DNA from: Nitrosopumilus maritimus SCM1
Lineage (GTDB): Archaea > Thermoproteota > Nitrososphaeria > Nitrososphaerales > Nitrosopumilaceae
Assembly (NCBI RefSeq): GCF_000018465.1
Contig: NC_010085.1
Coordinates: forward strand, 1,110,001 to 1,142,000
Length of the DNA stretch: 32,000 bases
Direction: 5' to 3'
Shown here: piece by piece, positions 24,607-32,000 of the stretch
Layout: every line of letters starts with the position of its first letter
Position numbering within the stretch: the stretch's first letter is position 1
Translations under genes and position numbers: made by a program
The notes under the pieces: generated by a model
The model's database searches: none
What the model saw: only the letters and a program-made list of their open reading frames with translations
What the model was told of the DNA's origin: nothing

Positions 24607-25004
24607 GAATTTAATTGAGATAATAATTCAGAAGCTGCTTTATTTTTAGGATCTACTTCTTGGATTTTTTCACAACATTGAATTGCACGTTTGTTTTCAC
24701 CTAGTTTTTGATGTGAATATGCTTTCAAAAGTAAGACATCAACATCATACGAACCAATTTCAAGTGCTTGATCAAAATGAGAAATAGCAGTTTTGTATTT
24801 TTTCTTCAGATAATAGATTCCGCCTACAGTAAACAAGGCATCGTGGTTGTTTGGAACCATCCTAAGATATTCTGTACCTAATTTTAGAGCATCATCATAC
24901 TTTTTTTGCTTGGCAAGTTTCTTGAATTCTTTGAATTTTTCTTGATTTCTTTTTTGATTAGGATCTTTTGGAGTTCTACTAAATAATCCAACCAAAACAG
25001 TCAC
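24603..25004 (-). CDS. TPR-repeat protein (133 aa)
   Basis: Contains repeated TPR-like units (A..Y...L...P.N..AL...G..Y...K.Y..A...F..AL). It is inserted between nadA and nadC, and its 3' end overlaps nadC by 4 nt. Confidence 0.75.
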   Translation of the reverse strand: MTVLVGLFSRTPKDPNQKRNQEKFKEFKKLAKQKKYDDALKLGTEYLRMVPNNHDALFTVGGIYYLKKKYKTAISHFDQALEIGSYDVDVLLLKAYSHQKLGENKRAIQCCEKIQEVDPKNKAASELLSQLNS

Positions 25005-25008
25005 ACAA

Positions 25009-25965
25009 TTAGCTTATTGCAAGCATTCTATCAATTGCTAAACGTGCCTTGTCTGCAATATCTTTTGGAACTGTCACGATATTTTTTTCATTTACGAGTG
25101 CATCGTGTACTTTTTCAAGTGTAATCATTTTCATGTATTGACATTCAGCTTTTTCTGAAGCTGGGATGAATTTCTTATCAGGATTTTGTTGTCGCATTCT
25201 ATACAAAATTCCAGTTTCAGTTGCTACAACAAAGTTTTTAGCTTTTGATTCTTTAACATGATTTAACATTCCTTCAGTTGAAAGAATTGAAACTTTTTGG
25301 TTATCAAAACTTCCATCAGCAACATCATACATCATGGGAGTAGTACAACTACATTCAGGATGAATTACAAATTCTGCATCTTTCATTGAATCTAGTTTTT
25401 TAGTAACATCTTCAGGAGTGATTCCTGCATGGACATGACATTCACCTGCCCATATGTGCATATTTTTTCTACCAGTCATTTTTGCAACATAAGAACCCAA
25501 GAACATGTCTGGTAAAAACAAAATTTCCTTGTCTTCAGGAATTGCTTTAACAACATTTACTGCATTTGATGATGTACAACAATAATCAAGTTCTGCTTTT
25601 ATTTCTGCAGTGGTGTTAACATATCCAACTGCAATTGCTCCAGGATGTTGTTTTTTCCAATTTCTTAATTCATCAACAGTGATTGAATCAGATAGTGAGC
25701 ATCCTGCTTCCAAGTCAGGTAAAATTACCTTTTTTTGAGGACTGATAATTGCAGCAGTTTCAGCCATAAAGTTCACACCACAAAAAAGAATTGTCTTTTG
25801 TGGAACTTTGGCTGCTTGTCTTGATAATCCTAATGAATCACCTGTAAAATCTGCCACATCTTGAACTTCAGGAATTTGATAATTATGTGCAAGTATAACC
25901 ACGTCTTTTTCCTTCTTGAGACGTTCAATCTCTTCTTTGAGTTTTGAGGTTTGTTGTACGAGCAT
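25009..25965 (-). CDS. nadA: Quinolinate synthase A
   Basis: 318 aa. ILAHNYQIPEVQDVADFTGDSLGLS, and the cysteines of the Fe-S site (CGVNFM, HPEC, AECQYM), fit the NadA pattern. Confidence 0.93.
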   Translation of the reverse strand: MLVQQTSKLKEEIERLKKEKDVVILAHNYQIPEVQDVADFTGDSLGLSRQAAKVPQKTILFCGVNFMAETAAIISPQKKVILPDLEAGCSLSDSITVDELRNWKKQHPGAIAVGYVNTTAEIKAELDYCCTSSNAVNVVKAIPEDKEILFLPDMFLGSYVAKMTGRKNMHIWAGECHVHAGITPEDVTKKLDSMKDAEFVIHPECSCTTPMMYDVADGSFDNQKVSILSTEGMLNHVKESKAKNFVVATETGILYRMRQQNPDKKFIPASEKAECQYMKMITLEKVHDALVNEKNIVTVPKDIADKARLAIDRMLAIS

Positions 25966-25992
25966 AAACCATAGAAAATTTGAGTGGTGGGG

Positions 25993-25999
25993 ATTTAAA
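25993..25999 (-). promoter_or_regulatory. TATA-box-like element for nadA
   Basis: Minus strand TTTAAAT, 27 nt upstream of ATG 25965. This suggests nadA has its own promoter despite lying 93 nt downstream of nadX. Confidence 0.4.
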
Positions 26000-26058
26000 G
26001 AATGGGATCGCGCCTAGAATTTTCACATATGTTGGCAATAGTGGCAATTATTGCCATG

Positions 26059-26877
26059 TTATGTGCCAATTTGAATATCATCTGAACAGTATTTTTTCAG
26101 AGTTTCAATTGCAGACAAGATTGCCAATCTACTTGTCTTTGGATTATTTGAATCAGGAACATTTTCTATTGTAAAGGTCATCGTTCCGAACTTTCCTGAA
26201 GCCTCAATGTGGTGTGTGTTCTTGTCAGTATTTGGATCTGCAACAATTGTTACACTAGTTTTTTCACTACCAATTCCAGTTAGTGACAATAGTGCTGCAA
26301 CGTTGATGTTTGCAGGAAATAGTGTAACAGCTTCTTTTGCAGTTCCTTTATACACGACAGTTGAAGAAGTAATTTCATCCAAGTTAATGTCAGAAGTCTC
26401 AAAGAATTTTGCACCTTTCAGAGAACGTGGATGTTTTGTTGTTGTGATAGATATGGATTCAAGTTCGTCTTTGACTGATTTTAATCCATCCAATCCTGCA
26501 ATTGCACCAGAAGGAAGATAGATTGTTTTTTTAAAATCATTACATGCATCAGATAAAATATCATAAATTGATTCATCAAGTAACGCACCAACACTCATTA
26601 TCATCAAGTCTTTTTTGTTTTGTATAACACTTAGTGCAACATCTTTTACTGCATTTTGTGATGCCGCCTCTACAACAATATCGATTGGTTGAGAAGATAA
26701 GAGATGAGAATTTTCAACGATTTCTGGTTTGTTTTTTAGTTTTTGAGTAAGGGAGAAGGATGCATCTTTTGATTCATCATATACATGGGTAAGAGTAGCA
26801 GGGAAATTTTCTGAATCAATTGCAAGAGCAATTTGAGTTCCCATTGAACCGCATCCAAGAAGAGCTATTCGTTTCAA
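26059..26877 (-). CDS. nadX: L-aspartate dehydrogenase
   Basis: 272 aa. N-terminal Rossmann motif IALLGCGSMG, then SGAIAGLDGLK, HP.SLKG and the C-terminal NPKTSRLAILSAIETL, characteristic of TM1643-type aspartate dehydrogenase. It is clustered with nadA and nadC. Confidence 0.85.
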   Translation of the reverse strand: MKRIALLGCGSMGTQIALAIDSENFPATLTHVYDESKDASFSLTQKLKNKPEIVENSHLLSSQPIDIVVEAASQNAVKDVALSVIQNKKDLMIMSVGALLDESIYDILSDACNDFKKTIYLPSGAIAGLDGLKSVKDELESISITTTKHPRSLKGAKFFETSDINLDEITSSTVVYKGTAKEAVTLFPANINVAALLSLTGIGSEKTSVTIVADPNTDKNTHHIEASGKFGTMTFTIENVPDSNNPKTSRLAILSAIETLKKYCSDDIQIGT

Positions 26878-26957
26878 ACAGATTATCTAGGAATCATCAC
26901 TTAATTAATTCTAGGCAAACTAGTTCCAAAAGAGAATAATTCATCATCAAGTTATTT

Positions 26958-27911
26958 ATGCAAAGAAACTCAAAAAAACCCATGAAATTATTTCAAGTTT
27001 TGATAATTTTTACAGTATTTTTAGTTGCTATTCAACCAGCATTAGCAGATATAGAATCACCAAAAAAACAAATGAAATTAGGGGTATTGCCTGAAAAAAT
27101 CACTTGTAATGAAGGATTAGTTTTGATGTTAAAAACATCAGGAATGCCTGCATGTGTAAAATCAGCTACGGCTGAAAAATTAGAAGAAAGAGGTTGGAAA
27201 CAAATCATTCAAAAGTTTGAGAAAGCAGAAAAAGAGATTGAGACCATACCTGCATCCCAAAGTACCACAGTGAATTTTTACATTTCAGACGATGATCTGA
27301 ATACAAGCCATAGTGGTGTTGATGTCGTAAATATAGAAGATCTTTTTGAGTTCACAATAAACGGAGTTCCAATACAAGGACCAGAGACAATGATAGAAAC
27401 AGGCACAGATACAGGGAAATTTTATTTGAAATTAGATTTGCCTGATACAGTCAAACAAGATGATGTTGTTTTAATCAGATATCTAGATCAATCAGATTAT
27501 TCAGGAGAGAAGAGAGTATTAACAAAATCAATTGCATTAACCAAAACATTTGCCAAAGTAGAAACATCTGGAGAAAATTCTAGAATAGGTCATGAATTTA
27601 CATTAAGAATCTATGAACCTGATGCAAATAGGGATTCAAAAGATGAGGATAAAATATCTCTCAGTTCATTTGAATATAGGGGAGATGGAGGGATTAGAAC
27701 CACCTTAGCCAATCCAAAATTTGATGCAAATTCTTGGGCATTAATTGAAACAGGCCCAAACACAAGTACGTTTGAAGTAAAGATCAAAATTCCAAGAGAA
27801 TTGGATGGAAAAACAATCCACATTGGAGACAAGTATGAAATTAGATACATTGACAGAAGCACACCATCAGAAACAGAAGAGAAAATAATTTTCAAAGGCA
27901 GGATTGGATGA
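26958..27911 (+). CDS. Secreted or membrane-anchored protein with an internal domain duplication, function unknown
   Basis: 317 aa. Signal-peptide-like N-terminus (KKPMKLFQVLIIFTVFLVAIQPALA). Two copies of the pattern D.D.N...(ETG.(D/N)T..F..K..(L/I)P)...IRY.D.S occur. Confidence 0.75.
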   Translation: MQRNSKKPMKLFQVLIIFTVFLVAIQPALADIESPKKQMKLGVLPEKITCNEGLVLMLKTSGMPACVKSATAEKLEERGWKQIIQKFEKAEKEIETIPASQSTTVNFYISDDDLNTSHSGVDVVNIEDLFEFTINGVPIQGPETMIETGTDTGKFYLKLDLPDTVKQDDVVLIRYLDQSDYSGEKRVLTKSIALTKTFAKVETSGENSRIGHEFTLRIYEPDANRDSKDEDKISLSSFEYRGDGGIRTTLANPKFDANSWALIETGPNTSTFEVKIKIPRELDGKTIHIGDKYEIRYIDRSTPSETEEKIIFKGRIG

Positions 27912-27976
27912 ATGGATCAGTTTTGTCAAGGTTCAGTATAACCTAAAGATTTTATTCAAACCAACGAACTAGTGTT

Positions 27977-28813
27977 GTGCTCAATACAGTATACAAAGAT
28001 GCCATAATCAATAGAGACAAAATGTTGTCTATTCTAAAGGGCCCAAAATTTGAACAAATAATACAAAAAGCAAGAGAAAATTGGGTAGAATTTACGCCTG
28101 TAAAAGAAGAAGTCGTTACTGCAGGCATTGATTCAAGTTTTAACAACACAAAATTCCAAGGAATTGAGCTTTGGGCAACTACAGCAGTATCCATCAAGGC
28201 AGATGGAGAAGTGTTAGTTGATTTACATGAATCAGGATTAGGCTCAGATACTGATCTTTCACGAATTGCAAGTAAGATGGAAATTGACGCGTGTGAGAAA
28301 ACAGTGGATCAAGTAGATTTGGTACTGATGGATGGGTCTTTGCATTCTCAGTTTATGACAAGACAATCAGCTTTGGATGCACAGGTAGTCAGAACAATGA
28401 AAAAAAGAGACAATGTGATTTTTATTGCAAAAACATCAAACACAAAAAAACAATTTGAGAAATTAGGTTCACTTGCTGGAGATATTTTTTACTATAATCA
28501 TGTAACAAATAATCCAGGATTTAGTAAATTATTTGTAGAAAAAAAATATGGTTCAGATAAGGTCATTTCATCTACATTTGTAAGATTAAGTGATTCAACT
28601 CCAATTATCAAATTAGAATTTCTTGGAGAACAACATGGTGAAGGTGACATAAAGTCAGTCATGAACAAATTATACAAAACAAGTATTGGTGGATATCCAT
28701 ATGCACTAAAGCTTGCACATAATAACTGTAAAATATCTGATAAAGAACTTGCAAAAATGGTTAGTTTGTTAGGTCTAAGTAATGAGATCGGTTCACGTGA
28801 GGTATTAGGTTGA
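27977..28813 (+). CDS. nurA: NurA 5'-3' nuclease
   Basis: 278 aa with a GTG start (ATG 28021 is an alternative). It has a GIDSSF Asp motif and LVLMDGSL, matching the NurA-domain pattern, and it is the first gene of the herA-mre11-rad50 operon. Confidence 0.8.
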   Translation: MLNTVYKDAIINRDKMLSILKGPKFEQIIQKARENWVEFTPVKEEVVTAGIDSSFNNTKFQGIELWATTAVSIKADGEVLVDLHESGLGSDTDLSRIASKMEIDACEKTVDQVDLVLMDGSLHSQFMTRQSALDAQVVRTMKKRDNVIFIAKTSNTKKQFEKLGSLAGDIFYYNHVTNNPGFSKLFVEKKYGSDKVISSTFVRLSDSTPIIKLEFLGEQHGEGDIKSVMNKLYKTSIGGYPYALKLAHNNCKISDKELAKMVSLLGLSNEIGSREVLG

Positions 28814-30342
28814 GTTTAGGATTTGTAATTGGTGAATCAAAACCAACATTTGTCACTGCAATAACATCAAGAGCTTTGTCTGTTGGAGAATACATCAAGA
28901 TTGGTTCTGATGAAGGAGAGATATTAGGACTGGTTGAAAAATCATCAGTTACAAGTGCAGCATTTACAGATGTTAGGAATTTTGATGAAGCAGCTGAAAG
29001 TACAGAGATAGCAGAGTTAAACAAGAGAGATAAGACGTTTACTGCACATATTGGAATTTTGGGGTTTTTAGAAAATTTGAGAAAAGGTCAGTCAATTATT
29101 CCTGCAATTCCTCCCATTCCAGGCACGGAAATCACTCAACCAAGCAAACAAGACCTTGAGGAAATCTTTAGTCCCAAAAATGATGGATGGGTAAAGATTG
29201 GAAATCTTTTGAGAAACAAGACAATTGATGCTAAAGTGAATTTGGATAAAATTGTCTCAAGACATTTAGGAATTTTAGCAATGACTGGTATGGGTAAAAG
29301 TAATCTTGTATCACTAGTTACAAAACAAATTTCAAAATTAAAAGGGACTGTAATAATTTTTGATTATCACAATGACTACACAACATTAAACATTCCAAGA
29401 ATTAATGTGGTTGACGCAAAAATTAATCCAAGATTACTTGACGCAGATCAACTTTCAGAAGTTCTAGAAATCAGGGACGGTGCAAATGTTCAACAAAGAG
29501 TACTAAGAATGGCATTTACAAAACATGTCAAAGAATCAAAAGAATTTTGGAGTAAATTAGAAAATGAAATTGATTTTATTGTGAATTCAGAAGATAAAAA
29601 ACTAAAAGAGATTAGAACATCAGCATATAGAGTTCAAGATATAATAGAAGAAGCTCAAAAAAGATTTGAAGATATTTTAGATCCTGATATGGGAGATCCA
29701 ATTAGTTTTATCAAAGAAGGTCGTACCAATGTTCTCAATATTTCAGAATTGTCTGAAAAACAAGCAAATGTTGCAGTTGCATTTTACTTGCAACAACTAC
29801 TCAAAGACAGAAAAGATGCAAGTATTGCAAGACACGGTAAAAGTAAGAGAGAAAGAAACTATAGATTCAATTCTCCTATTTTTGTAATTATTGAAGAAGC
29901 ACATGTTTTCATTCCAAAAGACCACGATACTAGTGCAAAATATTGGGCAGCAAAGATTGCCAGAGAAGGAAGAAAGTTTGGATTGGGATTAGGAGTTGTA
30001 TCTCAGAGACCTCGAAGTGTAGATCTTAATGTTCTCAGTCAGATGGGCTCTTTTGCAATAATGAAGATAATTCAAGAAGATGATCAGCGCCAAATAGCCT
30101 CAGCAACAGAGTCAACTAGCCGTGAATTGATTGCTCAGTTGACCTCACTGAATGTGGGTGATGCAGTTCTAGTAGGACAATGGACAAATTTGCCATCACT
30201 AGTACATGTTGAAGAAGTAAAAGAAAAAATCATGGGAGCAGACCAAAGTGCAGTAAATGCTTGGGCCAATGCAGAAAAGATGAAAGAAGTTGCAGTAGAA
30301 TCAACACAAGGACTCGTTCAAAAAGATTTGTTATTAGACTGA
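28810..30342 (+). CDS. herA: HerA hexameric DNA helicase/translocase
   Basis: 510 aa. The TTG start is forced by an in-frame TGA at 28798-28800 and overlaps the nurA stop (TTGA). Walker A is AMTGMGKSN and Walker B is IFVIIEEAH, followed by GRKFGLGLGVVSQRP. Confidence 0.92.
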   Translation: MSLGFVIGESKPTFVTAITSRALSVGEYIKIGSDEGEILGLVEKSSVTSAAFTDVRNFDEAAESTEIAELNKRDKTFTAHIGILGFLENLRKGQSIIPAIPPIPGTEITQPSKQDLEEIFSPKNDGWVKIGNLLRNKTIDAKVNLDKIVSRHLGILAMTGMGKSNLVSLVTKQISKLKGTVIIFDYHNDYTTLNIPRINVVDAKINPRLLDADQLSEVLEIRDGANVQQRVLRMAFTKHVKESKEFWSKLENEIDFIVNSEDKKLKEIRTSAYRVQDIIEEAQKRFEDILDPDMGDPISFIKEGRTNVLNISELSEKQANVAVAFYLQQLLKDRKDASIARHGKSKRERNYRFNSPIFVIIEEAHVFIPKDHDTSAKYWAAKIAREGRKFGLGLGVVSQRPRSVDLNVLSQMGSFAIMKIIQEDDQRQIASATESTSRELIAQLTSLNVGDAVLVGQWTNLPSLVHVEEVKEKIMGADQSAVNAWANAEKMKEVAVESTQGLVQKDLLLD

Positions 30343-31484
30343 TGCAGTTTTCACATATTTCAGATACTCATTTAGGATTAGTACAGTATGGTTCAGAAGA
30401 ACGTGCACAAGATGTCTATGATGTGTTTAACCAAGCAATTGACACGTCAATTAAAGATCATGTTGATTTTGTAATATTTGCAGGGGACATTTTTCATGTT
30501 CCAAATCCAAACGGCACTGCAATTGTACAGATGGCAAATGGGTTAAAGCGATTAAAACAAAACAACATAGATTCATTTTTCATTTTAGGAGAACATGATA
30601 TTAGTAGAATTAGAACAACACCCATTCCCTATGTATACCACAATTTAGAATTCTCAAAGTATATTGGTCAAGGAAAACCAATAGAGTACAAAGGAGTTCT
30701 TCTTGCAGGTTTTGATAAGATAAGAAAAACAGAAATTCCTCAATACGAAGAAAAGTTTGCAGAAGTAGACAAAGCTGCTCAAAACTTTTCAGGACATAAA
30801 ATTTTAGTTTTACATCAAGGCATAACAGAGTTTAACAAATTTGCAGGAGAGTTGCAATCAACTGATCTTCCAAAAAATTTTACATATTATGCAATGGGGC
30901 ATCTTCATGATACAGATGTTAAAAAATTCAATCATCTAAATGGACCAATTGCATATCCGGGTTCAATTGAACTTACAACAAGTGAAGGAATCAAAGAAAC
31001 AAAGAAAGGATTCTTCGAAGTAGATATTTCAGGACAAGAAGCAAATCCAAACTGGATTGAACTTGATACAAGACCACAGTTTTCATTCAAGACAGATTAT
31101 CAAGAGATATCAAAGACCATAGATGAAATTTCAGAGAAAATTACTAGTCTTTCAAAAAAGCCTATCGTGGAGGTCAACATTCAAGGTGAAAACATAGAGA
31201 CGGACCACATCCAGGCACAAATTGCCAGGCTCAACTCCATAGTTTTGAGATGTTTTTGGCGAATCAGTACAAAGCAAGTTTCAGATTCATCAGTATTCCT
31301 AGACAAACCAAACATCATAGATGATGAGATGTTTAGACTTTCAGTTGATGCATTAGGCTCAGAGCAGGCTGCCAATCTTGCCATCAAGGAACTTCTACCA
31401 GTTTTATCATCAGGACAAATTCAAGAAGCATCGCAGATAATCATTGAAAATTTTGAAAAATTCAAAAAGGAGAGAAAACAATGA
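30342..31484 (+). CDS. mre11: Mre11 nuclease (canonical archaeal copy)
   Basis: The start at ATG 30342 (MQFSHISDTHLG) overlaps the herA stop by 1 nt; the upstream extension of the track ORF (30261) is rejected. Motifs: HISDTHLG, AGDIFH, GEHD, LHQG, MGHLH. Confidence 0.92.
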   Translation: MQFSHISDTHLGLVQYGSEERAQDVYDVFNQAIDTSIKDHVDFVIFAGDIFHVPNPNGTAIVQMANGLKRLKQNNIDSFFILGEHDISRIRTTPIPYVYHNLEFSKYIGQGKPIEYKGVLLAGFDKIRKTEIPQYEEKFAEVDKAAQNFSGHKILVLHQGITEFNKFAGELQSTDLPKNFTYYAMGHLHDTDVKKFNHLNGPIAYPGSIELTTSEGIKETKKGFFEVDISGQEANPNWIELDTRPQFSFKTDYQEISKTIDEISEKITSLSKKPIVEVNIQGENIETDHIQAQIARLNSIVLRCFWRISTKQVSDSSVFLDKPNIIDDEMFRLSVDALGSEQAANLAIKELLPVLSSGQIQEASQIIIENFEKFKKERKQ

Positions 31485-32000
31485 TCACATCAATTGAATT
31501 GGGGGATTTTTTAGCACATTCAGATACAAAACTAGAGTTTGATAACGGGGTAACTGTTTTTGTAGGACATAACGGTGCAGGAAAATCAAGTATTATTGAT
31601 GCAATTACATTTGCATTGTTTGGACAACATACAAGAAAATCAAACAAAGGGTTAATCAAACGTGGTGCAAATCAAGGATATTCCAAAGTAAATTTTTCAG
31701 TTAATGGAAAATCCTTTGAAGCTGTAAGAAAGATTGACAGTAAAGGAACTCTTTCAGCAAAATTCACTGAAATTGTAGGAGATGAAAAAATAGAGATTGC
31801 AGCAGGTGAACGAAAACAGTTTGGGGAATCAATGACTCAAGAAGTTGAAAAAGCAATTGGATTAGACTTTGAAAAATTAAAAGTTGCATCAATTGTACAA
31901 CAAGGAGAATTAAATGCAATAATCAATGCAAAACCAAAAGAGTTCAAAGAATTGCTGAATGCAATCATAGGGATTGACAAGCTTGATGTTGCTTCTGAAT
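31481..32000 (+). CDS. rad50: Rad50 ATPase (canonical copy), N-terminal 173 codons only; truncated by the window end
   Basis: ATGA overlap with the mre11 stop. My translation is MITSIELGDFLAHSDTKLEFDNGVTVFVGHNGAGKSSIIDAITFALFG..QQGELNAII, with Walker A and a Q-loop. Confidence 0.9.
   Translation, partial: MITSIELGDFLAHSDTKLEFDNGVTVFVGHNGAGKSSIIDAITFALFGQHTRKSNKGLIKRGANQGYSKVNFSVNGKSFEAVRKIDSKGTLSAKFTEIVGDEKIEIAAGERKQFGESMTQEVEKAIGLDFEKLKVASIVQQGELNAIINAKPKEFKELLNAIIGIDKLDVASE

Noticed and set aside
25980-26174. A 64-aa plus-strand ORF spanning the nadA-nadX intergenic region into nadX.
   Set aside because: It mostly overlaps nadX in antisense. The intergenic part is better explained by the hairpin and the nadA promoter.
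26878-26957. A possible C box (TGATGA on the minus strand, near 26943-26948) and an imperfect palindrome CTAGGAAT..AATTCTAG.
   Set aside because: No D box (CTGA) lies at the appropriate distance, there is no terminal stem, and the palindrome arms are not truly complementary.
30261-30341. The upstream extension of the mre11 ORF (MGQCRKDERSC...).
   Set aside because: It overlaps the conserved C-terminus of herA. ATG 30342 gives the canonical MQFSHISDTHLG N-terminus with stop/start coupling.

Overview
This is an AT-rich archaeal chromosome segment. Gene content suggests a marine ammonia-oxidising thaumarchaeon (Nitrosopumilus-like): membrane-anchored cupredoxins, archaeal Rpo7/Spt4, aEF-1beta, CDC48 and a NurA-HerA-Mre11-Rad50 operon. 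That assignment is inference, not a database hit. The window has two parts. (1) Positions 1 to ~10962 form an accessory island, probably an integrated element, bounded on the right by an intact tyrosine recombinase. It carries a SAMHD1/dGTPase-like HD hydrolase that overlaps a small winged-helix partner gene. It also carries a very AT-rich, divergent second Mre11-like/Rad50-like pair with a central CPTC zinc hook, a long ParA-like ATPase, an unlisted 52-aa zinc-ribbon ORF and several ORFans. The ORFans include a three-gene overlapping operon with a 500-aa HTH plus coiled-coil protein. (2) Positions 11044 to 32000 are core genes: geranylgeranyl reductase, Zn-ribbon protein plus aEF-1beta, CDC48, heme O synthase, a double-cupredoxin membrane protein, JAMM protease, H+-pyrophosphatase, DUF359 dephospho-CoA kinase, Mrp/ApbC, Rpo7 plus Spt4, the NAD genes nadC/nadA/nadX, and the canonical translationally coupled nurA-herA-mre11-rad50 operon (rad50 truncated by the window end). 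A likely C/D box sRNA lies directly after the dephospho-CoA kinase stop codon. I found no rRNA, tRNA or CRISPR array. The best candidates for an undescribed system are the island-borne Mre11/Rad50-like pair and the adjacent HD-hydrolase/partner module. All functional calls rest on motifs I read in the translations and on recalled family knowledge; no searches were run.
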